Assembly (NCBI GenBank): GCA_043827405.1
Contig: JBDRPD010000003.1
Location: 32,001 to 96,000 of the forward strand
Direction of reading: 5' to 3'
Length of the DNA: 64,000 nucleotides
Source of the DNA: Elusimicrobiota bacterium
GTDB lineage: Bacteria; Elusimicrobiota; Elusimicrobia; UBA1565
Below, one piece after another: positions 57,027 through 64,000 of the stretch. Made by a program: the position numbers and the translations under genes. The notes beneath the pieces were generated by a model that searched no databases, was not told the DNA's origin, and worked only from the letters and a program-made list of their open reading frames with translations. Position 1 is the stretch's first letter. Every line of letters starts with the position of its first letter.

Positions 57027-57665
57027 CTAACGGGTCTCGCGGCTTTCCGATGCCGCGTTTTCCGGAAGGATGGCCTGATCGCCGCCTTCGTGCTGGTTGC
57101 GCGCGAGCGTCGCGGCGCGCCGGTTCTGCCGCCAGCAGTCATCGGTCGATTCGACGCAGACCGGCTTTTCCTCGCCGTAGGATATCGTGCCCACCGCCGT
57201 TCCGTCGACCCCGAGCCGAATGTAGTATTCGCGCACGGTTTTTGCGCGCTTCTGTCCGAGCGCCAGGTTGTAGCCCAGGGTGCCGCGCTCGTCGCAATGT
57301 CCTTCCACCAGAATCTGCAGTTCGGGGTGGCTTTTGAGATACTGCGCATTGTTTTTAAGCGTGACCCGCATGTCGGGAGTGAGCGTGTAGCGGTCGTATT
57401 CGAAAGTGATCGGCCGCAGGTCGGGGATGTCGGTGAAGCCCTCGCCGCGGATGTCGGCTTCGGCCACGTCGACATTCGGATCGTTGAGCCCGCCCTCATC
57501 GCCGTATAGCGAACCTCCCGCATAGTCCTTGCCGTCTGCGTCGGCTCCGGTCGCCGGGCCGGCGGTGCGGACGGTCTTTTTCGCGCAGCCGGCCGCGGCG
57601 AAAACCGCGCACAACAGCACGGCCGCGATGATGTGCGGATCAAAATAGGAGCTGCGTTTTTGCAT
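57027..57665 (-). CDS. pal: Peptidoglycan-associated lipoprotein Pal (OmpA C-domain)
   Basis: Lipobox AAGC; EGHCDERGT.GYNLALGQKRA, SYGEEKP, NRRA; SD GGAGG before ATG 57665. Confidence 0.92.
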   Translation of the reverse strand: MQKRSSYFDPHIIAAVLLCAVFAAAGCAKKTVRTAGPATGADADGKDYAGGSLYGDEGGLNDPNVDVAEADIRGEGFTDIPDLRPITFEYDRYTLTPDMRVTLKNNAQYLKSHPELQILVEGHCDERGTLGYNLALGQKRAKTVREYYIRLGVDGTAVGTISYGEEKPVCVESTDDCWRQNRRAATLARNQHEGGDQAILPENAASESRETR

Positions 57666-57707
57666 CAATCCTCCAACGTCGAAAATTCTATTTACTTCTT
57701 CGAACAC

Positions 57708-57736
57708 ATTCTACCCTACCCACCCAACACTGTCAA
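57708..57736 (-). promoter_or_regulatory. Sigma70-type promoter of pal-cpoB-tolB
   Basis: TTGACA (57736-57731), 17-nt spacer, TAGAAT (57713-57708). Confidence 0.75.
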
Positions 57737-57748
57737 GTTATAAGGAAT

Positions 57749-57782
57749 AGCAGACTGCGCGGCGCCGGCCGCGCAGTCTGCT
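57749..57782 (-). terminator. 15-bp perfect hairpin downstream of the 57807-58181 gene
   Basis: AGCAGACTGCGCGGC-gccg-GCCGCGCAGTCTGCT; followed by ATTCCTT on the minus strand. Confidence 0.65.
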
Positions 57783-57806
57783 GTAATCGCAAGTCGGAGC
57801 GGCGGT

Positions 57807-58181
57807 CTATTCCAGCTCCGGCTCAGGTCCGTCATCGTCGTTCATCTCGCCGCAGCGCTTCGCCCGACGTTCCTTCCGGCCGCGCTTGCGCCGTTCCTGC
57901 CGCTTGCTCATCCGCTTCTCAAACCGGTCCTTGAGTTCGGGGTTGGCGGCGAGGAATGCGTCTCTCTCCTTCTTCATCTCTTTTTGGAACGTCTCCCGTT
58001 TGGCCTTCATTTCCTCACGGAACTTCTTGCGCTTTTCCTGCTGCTGTTTGAAGAAAGCCTTGGCTTTCTCCTTCGTCTCGGCTTTCACCGCCTTGGATTC
58101 ACCTTTTTCGGTTTTTTCCTTGGCGTAGAGTGCCGGGACGCAGAGGGCGCCTACGAGCATCGCAGTCATTAGGTATCTCAT
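57807..58181 (-). CDS. Small secreted, highly charged helical protein
   Basis: Signal peptide ending LYA; K/E/R-rich helical body; SD GGGAGA. Confidence 0.75.
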   Translation of the reverse strand: MRYLMTAMLVGALCVPALYAKEKTEKGESKAVKAETKEKAKAFFKQQQEKRKKFREEMKAKRETFQKEMKKERDAFLAANPELKDRFEKRMSKRQERRKRGRKERRAKRCGEMNDDDGPEPELE

Positions 58182-58223
58182 TTCATCTCTCCCGAGGGCG
58201 GCTATGCACCCCTCACCACGTAG

Positions 58224-58249
58224 TACGAGCGACCCCCCATTTTAGTTCC
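58224..58249 (-). promoter_or_regulatory. ECF-sigma-type promoter
   Basis: GGAAC (58249-58245), 17 nt, CGTA (58227-58224), upstream of the 58181 start. Confidence 0.5.
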
Positions 58250-58299
58250 CTGCCCCCGGGAACTTTATTTTGCGCTTATTTCTGCTAGACTTTATCCAG

Positions 58300-59046
58300 A
58301 TGCCCGAGAAGATTCTCATTGTCGAAGACTACGAGCCCTGGATCGAGCTCCTGCAGGTATGGCTCAAAGGCGCCGGTTACGAGGAGATTTACGTGGCGCG
58401 CTTCGGCAAGGACGGCGTCGAGCTCGCCCGCAAATGTCTTCCGGACTGCATCCTCCTTGATCTGGGCCTGCCGGATATCGACGGCATGGAAGTCTGCAAA
58501 ATGGTCCGTTCCATCCCGGCGCTCGGCAAGACGCCGATCGTGATGATCACGTCCCACCGCAAAGACAAGATCCTGGGGTTGGAATACGGAGCCGATTACT
58601 TCGTGCAGAAATCGGAGAATCCCGCCGAATTGCTGGCGACTCTGCGCGCGGTGTTCCGGCGCCGTGAATTGGACCAGAATATCGTCCGGGTCAGCGACGT
58701 CGCGGTGCATATGGAGACGCGCAAGGTCTACTTCCGCGATCTCGAAGTGGCGACGCTGACGCCCAAGACCTTCGAGCTTTTCTATATCCTCATCGAGCGC
58801 AGCCCCGAGCCGGTGCACAAAGACATCCTGTTCTCGGCGGTCGAGGGCAAGCCCATGCCGGAGCTCTCGCGCGCGCTCGACATCCTCATGAACCGCCTGC
58901 GCAAGGCGCTGCCCGTCATCCTGGAAAAGCGCATCATGGCGGTCAAGGGCTTCGGTTACGTCTACATCAAGCCCGGCAATAAAGACGAGAAGCCGGCTTC
59001 CCCCGAGAAGCTGGCTCCCAAAGTTCCGCCCCGTAAAAAGAAGTAG
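58300..59046 (+). CDS. OmpR/PhoB-family response regulator
   Basis: ILIVED, ILLDLGLPDIDG, GADY; winged helix LTPKTFEL...RLRK...VKGFGY. Confidence 0.92.
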   Translation: MPEKILIVEDYEPWIELLQVWLKGAGYEEIYVARFGKDGVELARKCLPDCILLDLGLPDIDGMEVCKMVRSIPALGKTPIVMITSHRKDKILGLEYGADYFVQKSENPAELLATLRAVFRRRELDQNIVRVSDVAVHMETRKVYFRDLEVATLTPKTFELFYILIERSPEPVHKDILFSAVEGKPMPELSRALDILMNRLRKALPVILEKRIMAVKGFGYVYIKPGNKDEKPASPEKLAPKVPPRKKK

Positions 59047-59053
59047 GGGCGTT

Positions 59054-59512
59054 CTACTTAAACTTTATCCCCTCCAGCCGGCGCAGGCGATTTTTCGGCA
59101 GCTCCATAACGACGACGGCGCCGTTGTCGCTGGTGAAGCGCGTGCTGACGATCTGGGCGCCCCGGATAATGTTCTTGACCCGCGAGGCGAGCGCGGAGTC
59201 CGTCTCCATGGCGCGGGAGACCGTAATGCCGCCTTCTATCTCCACCCCTTTGACCACGGTAAGCATCTCGTACTGGGCGGCGACGATGGCGGCGTTGCGG
59301 GCGGTGGCCTTGCGCTGGGTGTCGGTCGCCAGCGCCGGGTCGGCGGCGCCGATGCCGACCGCGCGGATGTGCGTGCGGGTGACCATATTCTGCTCGATGA
59401 CGTCGACGACCCTGCCCTTCTTGACGTACTTCGGCGCGCAGCCGGTCAACGCGACGGCGGCGATAACGGCGCCGGCCGCCGTGGCGATCAGTACTCGGTC
59501 GATATTTTTCAT
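59054..59512 (-). CDS. LPP20/FlgP-like lipoprotein
   Basis: Lipobox LTGC; AVGIG...ARNAA..AQ..L...VKGV.I...T; IIRGAQIV. Confidence 0.7.
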   Translation of the reverse strand: MKNIDRVLIATAAGAVIAAVALTGCAPKYVKKGRVVDVIEQNMVTRTHIRAVGIGAADPALATDTQRKATARNAAIVAAQYEMLTVVKGVEIEGGITVSRAMETDSALASRVKNIIRGAQIVSTRFTSDNGAVVVMELPKNRLRRLEGIKFK

Positions 59513-59550
59513 GGCGTGGCCTCCCCGGGTCCGGCTGAAATCGTTGATCA

Positions 59551-60432
59551 TTAGTAGTAGCACTCCTCGAGGATGCGCTCGACTTGGCGGTCGGCCGCAT
59601 CCAGGCGCTCCTTGGCGTGCACCGTGACTCCGGCGGTGAAATTCTGCGTGTAAAGCTCCTGGGTGCGGCTGTAGAACTGCTGGCGCAGGCCGAGATCGCG
59701 GATGTTCGAACCGGGGTTGCGCGTCAGGGTGGAAGCCCGGAAGCCCGGCTCATGCAGGCGCGCCGCCCAGAAGCGGGCGCGCTGCTCGATCGTTCCTGAT
59801 TGGACGGCGCGGACGCGGTCCTCCCAGTCGTCGCAGGAGTTGATATCGGCCAGGGCGTCGCGCATGTCCGGGATGCCTCCCAGCGACGGCGCGCCGAAGC
59901 CGACGATGGAGGGCGGCGGCGTGTCCCAGACGTCGGCGGAGGCGATCATGATTTCATCCTCCCACTCTTTCTCGACCTTGGCGGTGGCCGCGCCGAGGAC
60001 GCGCGCCGTCTCGGTGTCGATGAGGCGGGCGTGCACTTCCAGCTTGCCGCGGCGGAGCTTGAGATAGGTCCCGGTGACGATCGCGTCCACGCCCAGCACC
60101 TGGCCGAGCTCTTTGGCCTGCTCAGCCCGGACTACGCCTTTATAGCTCAGCCCCTGCTCTTGCAGCACCTGGTCGAGGAGGGCCCGCTCGACGATCTTGA
60201 TGTCCCGGCTCATTGACAGCCGCGAGGTGAGGCGGGCGGCGAGGATTTCGCCGCTCTGCGCGCCGCCGCCGGTGATCGGCTGCAGCGGCATGACCGCGAG
60301 GCGCTGGTAGCCGGTCTGGCGGGCGATGTCCGCGAGGTCGCGGGCGAGCTGTTCGTAGGGGTCCGCCTGAGCCGGCAGCCCGAGCCCGACGATCAGGGCG
60401 GCGAGGGCGAGGGTCTTGGCTTCGGCGGTCAT
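59551..60432 (-). CDS. Secreted FlgO/CsgG-like domain protein
   Basis: Signal peptide; IVER..LDQVL.EQ.L...A.ELG.VLGVDAIVTGT...ARLIDTET; SD AGGAG before ATG 60432. Confidence 0.78.
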   Translation of the reverse strand: MTAEAKTLALAALIVGLGLPAQADPYEQLARDLADIARQTGYQRLAVMPLQPITGGGAQSGEILAARLTSRLSMSRDIKIVERALLDQVLQEQGLSYKGVVRAEQAKELGQVLGVDAIVTGTYLKLRRGKLEVHARLIDTETARVLGAATAKVEKEWEDEIMIASADVWDTPPPSIVGFGAPSLGGIPDMRDALADINSCDDWEDRVRAVQSGTIEQRARFWAARLHEPGFRASTLTRNPGSNIRDLGLRQQFYSRTQELYTQNFTAGVTVHAKERLDAADRQVERILEECYY

Positions 60433-60480
60433 TTTTTCGGCTCCTGCTAAGTTCATAGCAGGCGGAGTCCGTTACGTCAA

Positions 60481-60527
60481 TTCACAGGCATGTAACCGCC
60501 GGTAACATGAATGTTACTTTGGTCACA
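60481..60527. promoter_or_regulatory. Array of five GT(A/C/T)AC-like direct repeats at 9-11-bp spacing
   Basis: TTCACA 60481, GTAACC 60492, GTAACA 60502, GTTACT 60513, GTCACA 60522. Confidence 0.5.
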
Positions 60528-60546
60528 GGGTGAAGTGAACGGCCGG

Positions 60547-61404
60547 CTATTTGCGACGGGGCGCGCAGCGGCGGGCGATTTCGTCCCAGGCGGGTTCGAC
60601 GCCGCGTTCGCGGCTGATGCGGTGGAAAACATCGAGAAAAATCTCCAGCGCGCGGCTGCCATCGGTCTCGATCGAGGCGTTATGCTCGCGCCCCTCGTCA
60701 AGGCAGGCGCGCCATTCCTCGGCGTCCAGTTCGATGTCGCGGCGGAAGCCCGCCTCCTCGCCCTTGGACTCGAAGATCGTGACGATGCTGCCGCAGCGCA
60801 CGCAGGCATCGACATAGCGGTCGACTTCGGGATCGCTGAGGTCCATGATGCGGTGGATGAAGTACGGCTGATTCGGGATGTCGTAGAGATTGAACAGCAG
60901 GCCGATGAGCGCTCCCTCCGGCATAAGGAAGAGGCGCGTCTGCACCTGGTAGCGTACGCCGCGGAAGCGCGAGGGCTGCACCGTCTTCAGCCGCCAGGCG
61001 GGGCGGGTGTCCTCGTAGTCGAGCGTGATCGTCCGCGCCGGCCCCTTGAGCGGTGGGGCGCCGCGCAGCCCCGCGGGGGGCGTCTGTTCGGGGTGTACGG
61101 GGTGCTGCCCGTCGACGAAAATAATCCGTACCGGTTCGCGGCAGAGAGCGCAGCTGACGGCATAGGCGTCGACGATGCAGCCGCCGGCGCCGGCGCCTCC
61201 CGCGTGTCCGGGCGAATCGGGACAGGCGCCTTCCACCGAGCCTCGCCGGCTGATTTCCAGCCGGTGGCCCTTCGCGCAGGTCCAGCTTTCAAGCATCGCC
61301 CGGGCGTCGGCGGGGCCGGCGGACAGCAGGGGATTGCGCGGCGACCAGCCCCGGGGCTTGCCGGCGCCGCCCCAGCCGCTGAACAGCCGTCCCAGCAGGC
61401 TCAT
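60547..61404 (-). CDS. Hypothetical protein, Cys-containing N-terminal region
   Basis: ATGA overlap with the upstream gene; CAKGH and CALC motifs; no family recognised. Confidence 0.7.
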   Translation of the reverse strand: MSLLGRLFSGWGGAGKPRGWSPRNPLLSAGPADARAMLESWTCAKGHRLEISRRGSVEGACPDSPGHAGGAGAGGCIVDAYAVSCALCREPVRIIFVDGQHPVHPEQTPPAGLRGAPPLKGPARTITLDYEDTRPAWRLKTVQPSRFRGVRYQVQTRLFLMPEGALIGLLFNLYDIPNQPYFIHRIMDLSDPEVDRYVDACVRCGSIVTIFESKGEEAGFRRDIELDAEEWRACLDEGREHNASIETDGSRALEIFLDVFHRISRERGVEPAWDEIARRCAPRRK

Positions 61405-62510
61405 GCGGGCTTCTCCTCTTCCCGGGGCAGCTGCAGGCGCAGCCGCACGCGTTCGGCGAATTGTCCCGGGATCGTGAGGACTTGGACATTGAGCCCTTTA
61501 TAGCCCGAGCTTTCCGAGAAGCAAATCAGGCCTTCCTGCTGGCGGGTGCGCTCGGCGATGTCGAGGGCGGCCAGGTGCTTGATCCGCGTCAGCAGCGCCC
61601 GGTACAGCGTACGCGGAAACTCCACGATGGGACGAATCTCGCGGCCGATGCGGTACTGCAGCAGGGCGGAGGCCTCTCCCGCCTCGATATAGACGTCGCG
61701 GATTTGGCGCTGCGCGGCGTCACGGAAGATGCGGTCCAGCAGATGGTTGGTGGGACGCGAGTCCTCGTCGGAATCTTCCGGGGTCCCGGCGAAATTCAAG
61801 TCGCCCAGCGTCCGGTCGCCCAAATGCGGACGGATCTCCGCCAGGATGCGGCGCAGATCCGAATAATCCTCCTGGGTCACCGTTTGCAGCAGGCAGGGCG
61901 CGGCGCCGTCAGGCGGACGGTCGTCGCCGCCCCAGGCCGCGCGCTCGGCCTCGACAACGCGCGCCAGCGCGCGCGCGGTGCGGTCCACCGCGGGGTAAAT
62001 GTCGCGCAGGCGGCGCAGGGTCGCTTTGGCGGGGGCGTCATCGAGAATGGAGGCGAAGCGGTCGCGCGCTTCGGAGGCCCATTGCGGGTAGGGGCCGTTG
62101 AGGAAATTCTCGGCCTGCCGCCGCTCGCGCAGCAAGCTTTCAGCGGCGTCGCTGCGCAGGGCCTTGTCGATGGACTGCAGCATGTCCAGCGCCAGTCCGG
62201 TTCCGGCGCGCAGGGTGGACAGTTCGTCTTCGGCGACATCGGGCACATCCTGCTCGGCCGCCGCTTCCGGCGGCTTCGGCGGTCCCGTCAGGAACTCGAC
62301 ATGGCGTACACCCTGCCCTTTCTGCAGCAGCATCTGTTCCACCGAGTACTGGATCGCCCGCAGGTCTTCCTCGGTGGTGTTGGAAAGCGGTTTATGCAGC
62401 AGCTCGACCACGCCGAAGTCGGCGTCAAAGAAATAGACCTCGATCGCCGCGCCCGAGGCTTCGATATAAGGACGCATGCGTTTGATGATATCGTCGGCGG
62501 TTTCTTTCAT
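61401..62510 (-). CDS. Protein with NifU-like N-terminus and PilB/GspE N2D-like C-terminus, no ATPase domain
   Basis: RMRPYIEASGAAIEV (NifU-like); LLDRIFRDA...DVYIE...YRI...RIKHLAALDIAERTRQQEG...TIP...ERVRLRL (secretion ATPase N2D-like). Confidence 0.7.
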   Translation of the reverse strand: MKETADDIIKRMRPYIEASGAAIEVYFFDADFGVVELLHKPLSNTTEEDLRAIQYSVEQMLLQKGQGVRHVEFLTGPPKPPEAAAEQDVPDVAEDELSTLRAGTGLALDMLQSIDKALRSDAAESLLRERRQAENFLNGPYPQWASEARDRFASILDDAPAKATLRRLRDIYPAVDRTARALARVVEAERAAWGGDDRPPDGAAPCLLQTVTQEDYSDLRRILAEIRPHLGDRTLGDLNFAGTPEDSDEDSRPTNHLLDRIFRDAAQRQIRDVYIEAGEASALLQYRIGREIRPIVEFPRTLYRALLTRIKHLAALDIAERTRQQEGLICFSESSGYKGLNVQVLTIPGQFAERVRLRLQLPREEEKPA

Positions 62511-62650
62511 GACTCGGCGCACAACGGGGGTCCGGAGTACGGAAGGTCAGCTGAATCTAGTGTATGCGGTATTCGCGGCGCGCGCAAGGCCCACCGGGGG
62601 TGACCAATGACGGGTGGCGGGAAATCGCGGGCCGAGCTATGATATCGGGC

Positions 62651-63532
62651 ATGGTTATCGATTTCGCGGCCGTTTGCGACGTCGGCCCGGTGCGCAGCGA
62701 GAATCAGGATCGCTACGTGGTCTCGGATTTTGCGATTACGTTTACCGCTACCCAAAGCAGCAAGCTCCGTATCGGCGAGCAATCCGACGAAGTGCTCCTG
62801 GCCGTGGCCGACGGCATGGGCGGAGTCGCCGGCGGCGCGCAGGCCGCGGAGGTCGCGCTCGAGACGATCGCGGCGGACTATATCGAATATGCCGATACCC
62901 GCAGCACCCAGGACGCGCTGTCGGGCGCGATCGAGGCGGCGCATCACGCCGTCCGCGACCGCGCTGATGAACAAGGCCTGACGGGCATGGGGACTACCGC
63001 CACGGTCGTTCTGCTGCGGGGCGACATGCTGTATCTGGCGCATGTTGGGGACTCGCGCGCCTACTTGTACCGCGGCCGCGAGCTGGTTCGGCTGACGACC
63101 GATCACGGCTATTGGTCGAAGCTGCGCGGCTACGATGGAGACGACGTCCGGAACCTGGCGGGAGGCAATGTCCTGGCGCAGTGCGTCGGCGGCATCGCCG
63201 AAAGCGTCCTGGTGGAGGTGTCCCAGGTCGAGCTTTGCCGCGGCGACCGGCTGCTGCTGTGCTCGGACGGCCTGCACGGCGTAGTCGACCAGGACGATAT
63301 TCGCCGTCGTATGGCGGGCGGGGGTCCGTCGTGGACGGCCGGCGCGCTGCACATGGCGGCGCTCGCCGCCGCGACCCAGGACAACGTGACCGCCGTGGTC
63401 GCCCACCTGATCGATGAGGAGCTGCCGGAAGCCGCGGAGGGGGAGACGATCCGCCTCGAGCCCGTGGTCGAGGTGGTCTACGATAAAAAGACGCACAACT
63501 TGGTCCGCCGGATCGTCTCGGGCGTGGACTAA
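62651..63532 (+). CDS. PP2C-family Ser/Thr protein phosphatase
   Basis: DVG.VRSENQD, VADGMGG, MGTT, HVGDSRAY, LLCSDGL, DNVT. Confidence 0.93.
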   Translation: MVIDFAAVCDVGPVRSENQDRYVVSDFAITFTATQSSKLRIGEQSDEVLLAVADGMGGVAGGAQAAEVALETIAADYIEYADTRSTQDALSGAIEAAHHAVRDRADEQGLTGMGTTATVVLLRGDMLYLAHVGDSRAYLYRGRELVRLTTDHGYWSKLRGYDGDDVRNLAGGNVLAQCVGGIAESVLVEVSQVELCRGDRLLLCSDGLHGVVDQDDIRRRMAGGGPSWTAGALHMAALAAATQDNVTAVVAHLIDEELPEAAEGETIRLEPVVEVVYDKKTHNLVRRIVSGVD

Positions 63533-63545
63533 AGCCGGTGCGGCG

Positions 63546-63569
63546 GCAACTGTTGCCGGCAACAGTTGC
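63546..63569. repeat. Perfect 24-bp palindrome built from two 13-bp palindromic units
   Basis: GCAACTGTTGCCGGCAACAGTTGC. Confidence 0.85.
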
Positions 63570-63622
63570 TAAAAAACCGCTCCGCGCGCATATTTCCCGC
63601 GAAGGTTTGATAAGATAGGTCC

Positions 63623-64000
63623 GTGAGCGAGGACAAGCCCGCCGGAATCTGGGTCCGCTACGTGGCGCATTGCATTGATGTCGCCGTTTTCGCGCTGGTC
63701 TGCGCCGCCGCCTTCTTCTTTCTCGGCCTGCTCCAATACCTGTTCGGTTTCGGCGACGCGCTGGCGGGCTTCCTGTTTCTCGCCGTCTGCGCCCTTCTAT
63801 GGGGCATCAACTGGATCTACTATTTCCTCTGGCACTGGAACGGCGGGCAGACCCTCGGCAAGCGCTGGCTCGGGCTCATGGTCGTGGGCGATGCGCATCC
63901 TTTGCTCGACTTTCGCCAGGCCAACCGGCGCTGGCTCGCCTATCATCTAACCTATTTGACCCTGGGTATCGGCTTCATCGCCGCCGCCTTCCGTGACGGC
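63623..64000 (+). CDS. RDD family membrane protein (3' end beyond the window edge)
   Basis: Manual translation from GTG 63623: PAGIWVRYVAHCID...IYY...GQTLGKRWLGLMVV...RRWLAY; open to the window end. Confidence 0.88.
   Translation, partial: MSEDKPAGIWVRYVAHCIDVAVFALVCAAAFFFLGLLQYLFGFGDALAGFLFLAVCALLWGINWIYYFLWHWNGGQTLGKRWLGLMVVGDAHPLLDFRQANRRWLAYHLTYLTLGIGFIAAAFRDG

Noticed and set aside
54835..57665. pal-cpoB-tolB without tolQRA and in non-canonical order
   Set aside because: Split tol-pal loci are common; tolQRA may lie elsewhere
1..64000. tRNA, rRNA, riboswitch or prophage
   Set aside because: None recognised by eye and intergenic gaps are short; an Infernal/Rfam and tRNAscan-SE run would be needed to exclude small RNAs

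Overview
GC-rich bacterial chromosomal window from a diderm (LptD-like, TolC-like, TolB/CpoB/Pal). It is probably Elusimicrobiota; this is an inference from the pilin-like 'IYYGD-EG-YP...VFVDCTHTDS' family and the style of the secreted proteins, not from a database search. Most of the window is housekeeping: trxA, polA-rhomboid-coaE-rho, an Rrf2/radical-SAM/cytochrome c System II/hemA cluster, rpmE-prfA-prmC-murA-folC-ROK-lptD, a GH65/beta-PGM pair, nucleotide-sugar enzymes, tdk and tol-pal. Standout observations: (i) a secreted/membrane protein that fuses an intact site-2 (M50) metalloprotease to an intact subtilase (S8); (ii) an unlisted ORF at the left edge that fuses a MarR regulator in frame to a TolC-like protein, with an internal SD/ATG and signal peptide; (iii) a 16-bp palindrome (TAGGnCnnnnGnCCTA) arranged at 24-bp spacing in three intergenic regions next to lineage-specific secreted genes; (iv) a putative operon of beta-barrel, MoxR, DUF58 and transglutaminase followed by three tandem pilin-like paralogs that lack a prepilin cleavage site; (v) archaeal-type topoisomerase VI (top6B-top6A); (vi) an IS30 remnant with tandem repeats; (vii) many genes with a -10 box 5-8 nt before the start codon, suggesting leaderless mRNAs. 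No rRNA, tRNA or CRISPR array was recognised. All family calls come from visual motif recognition.
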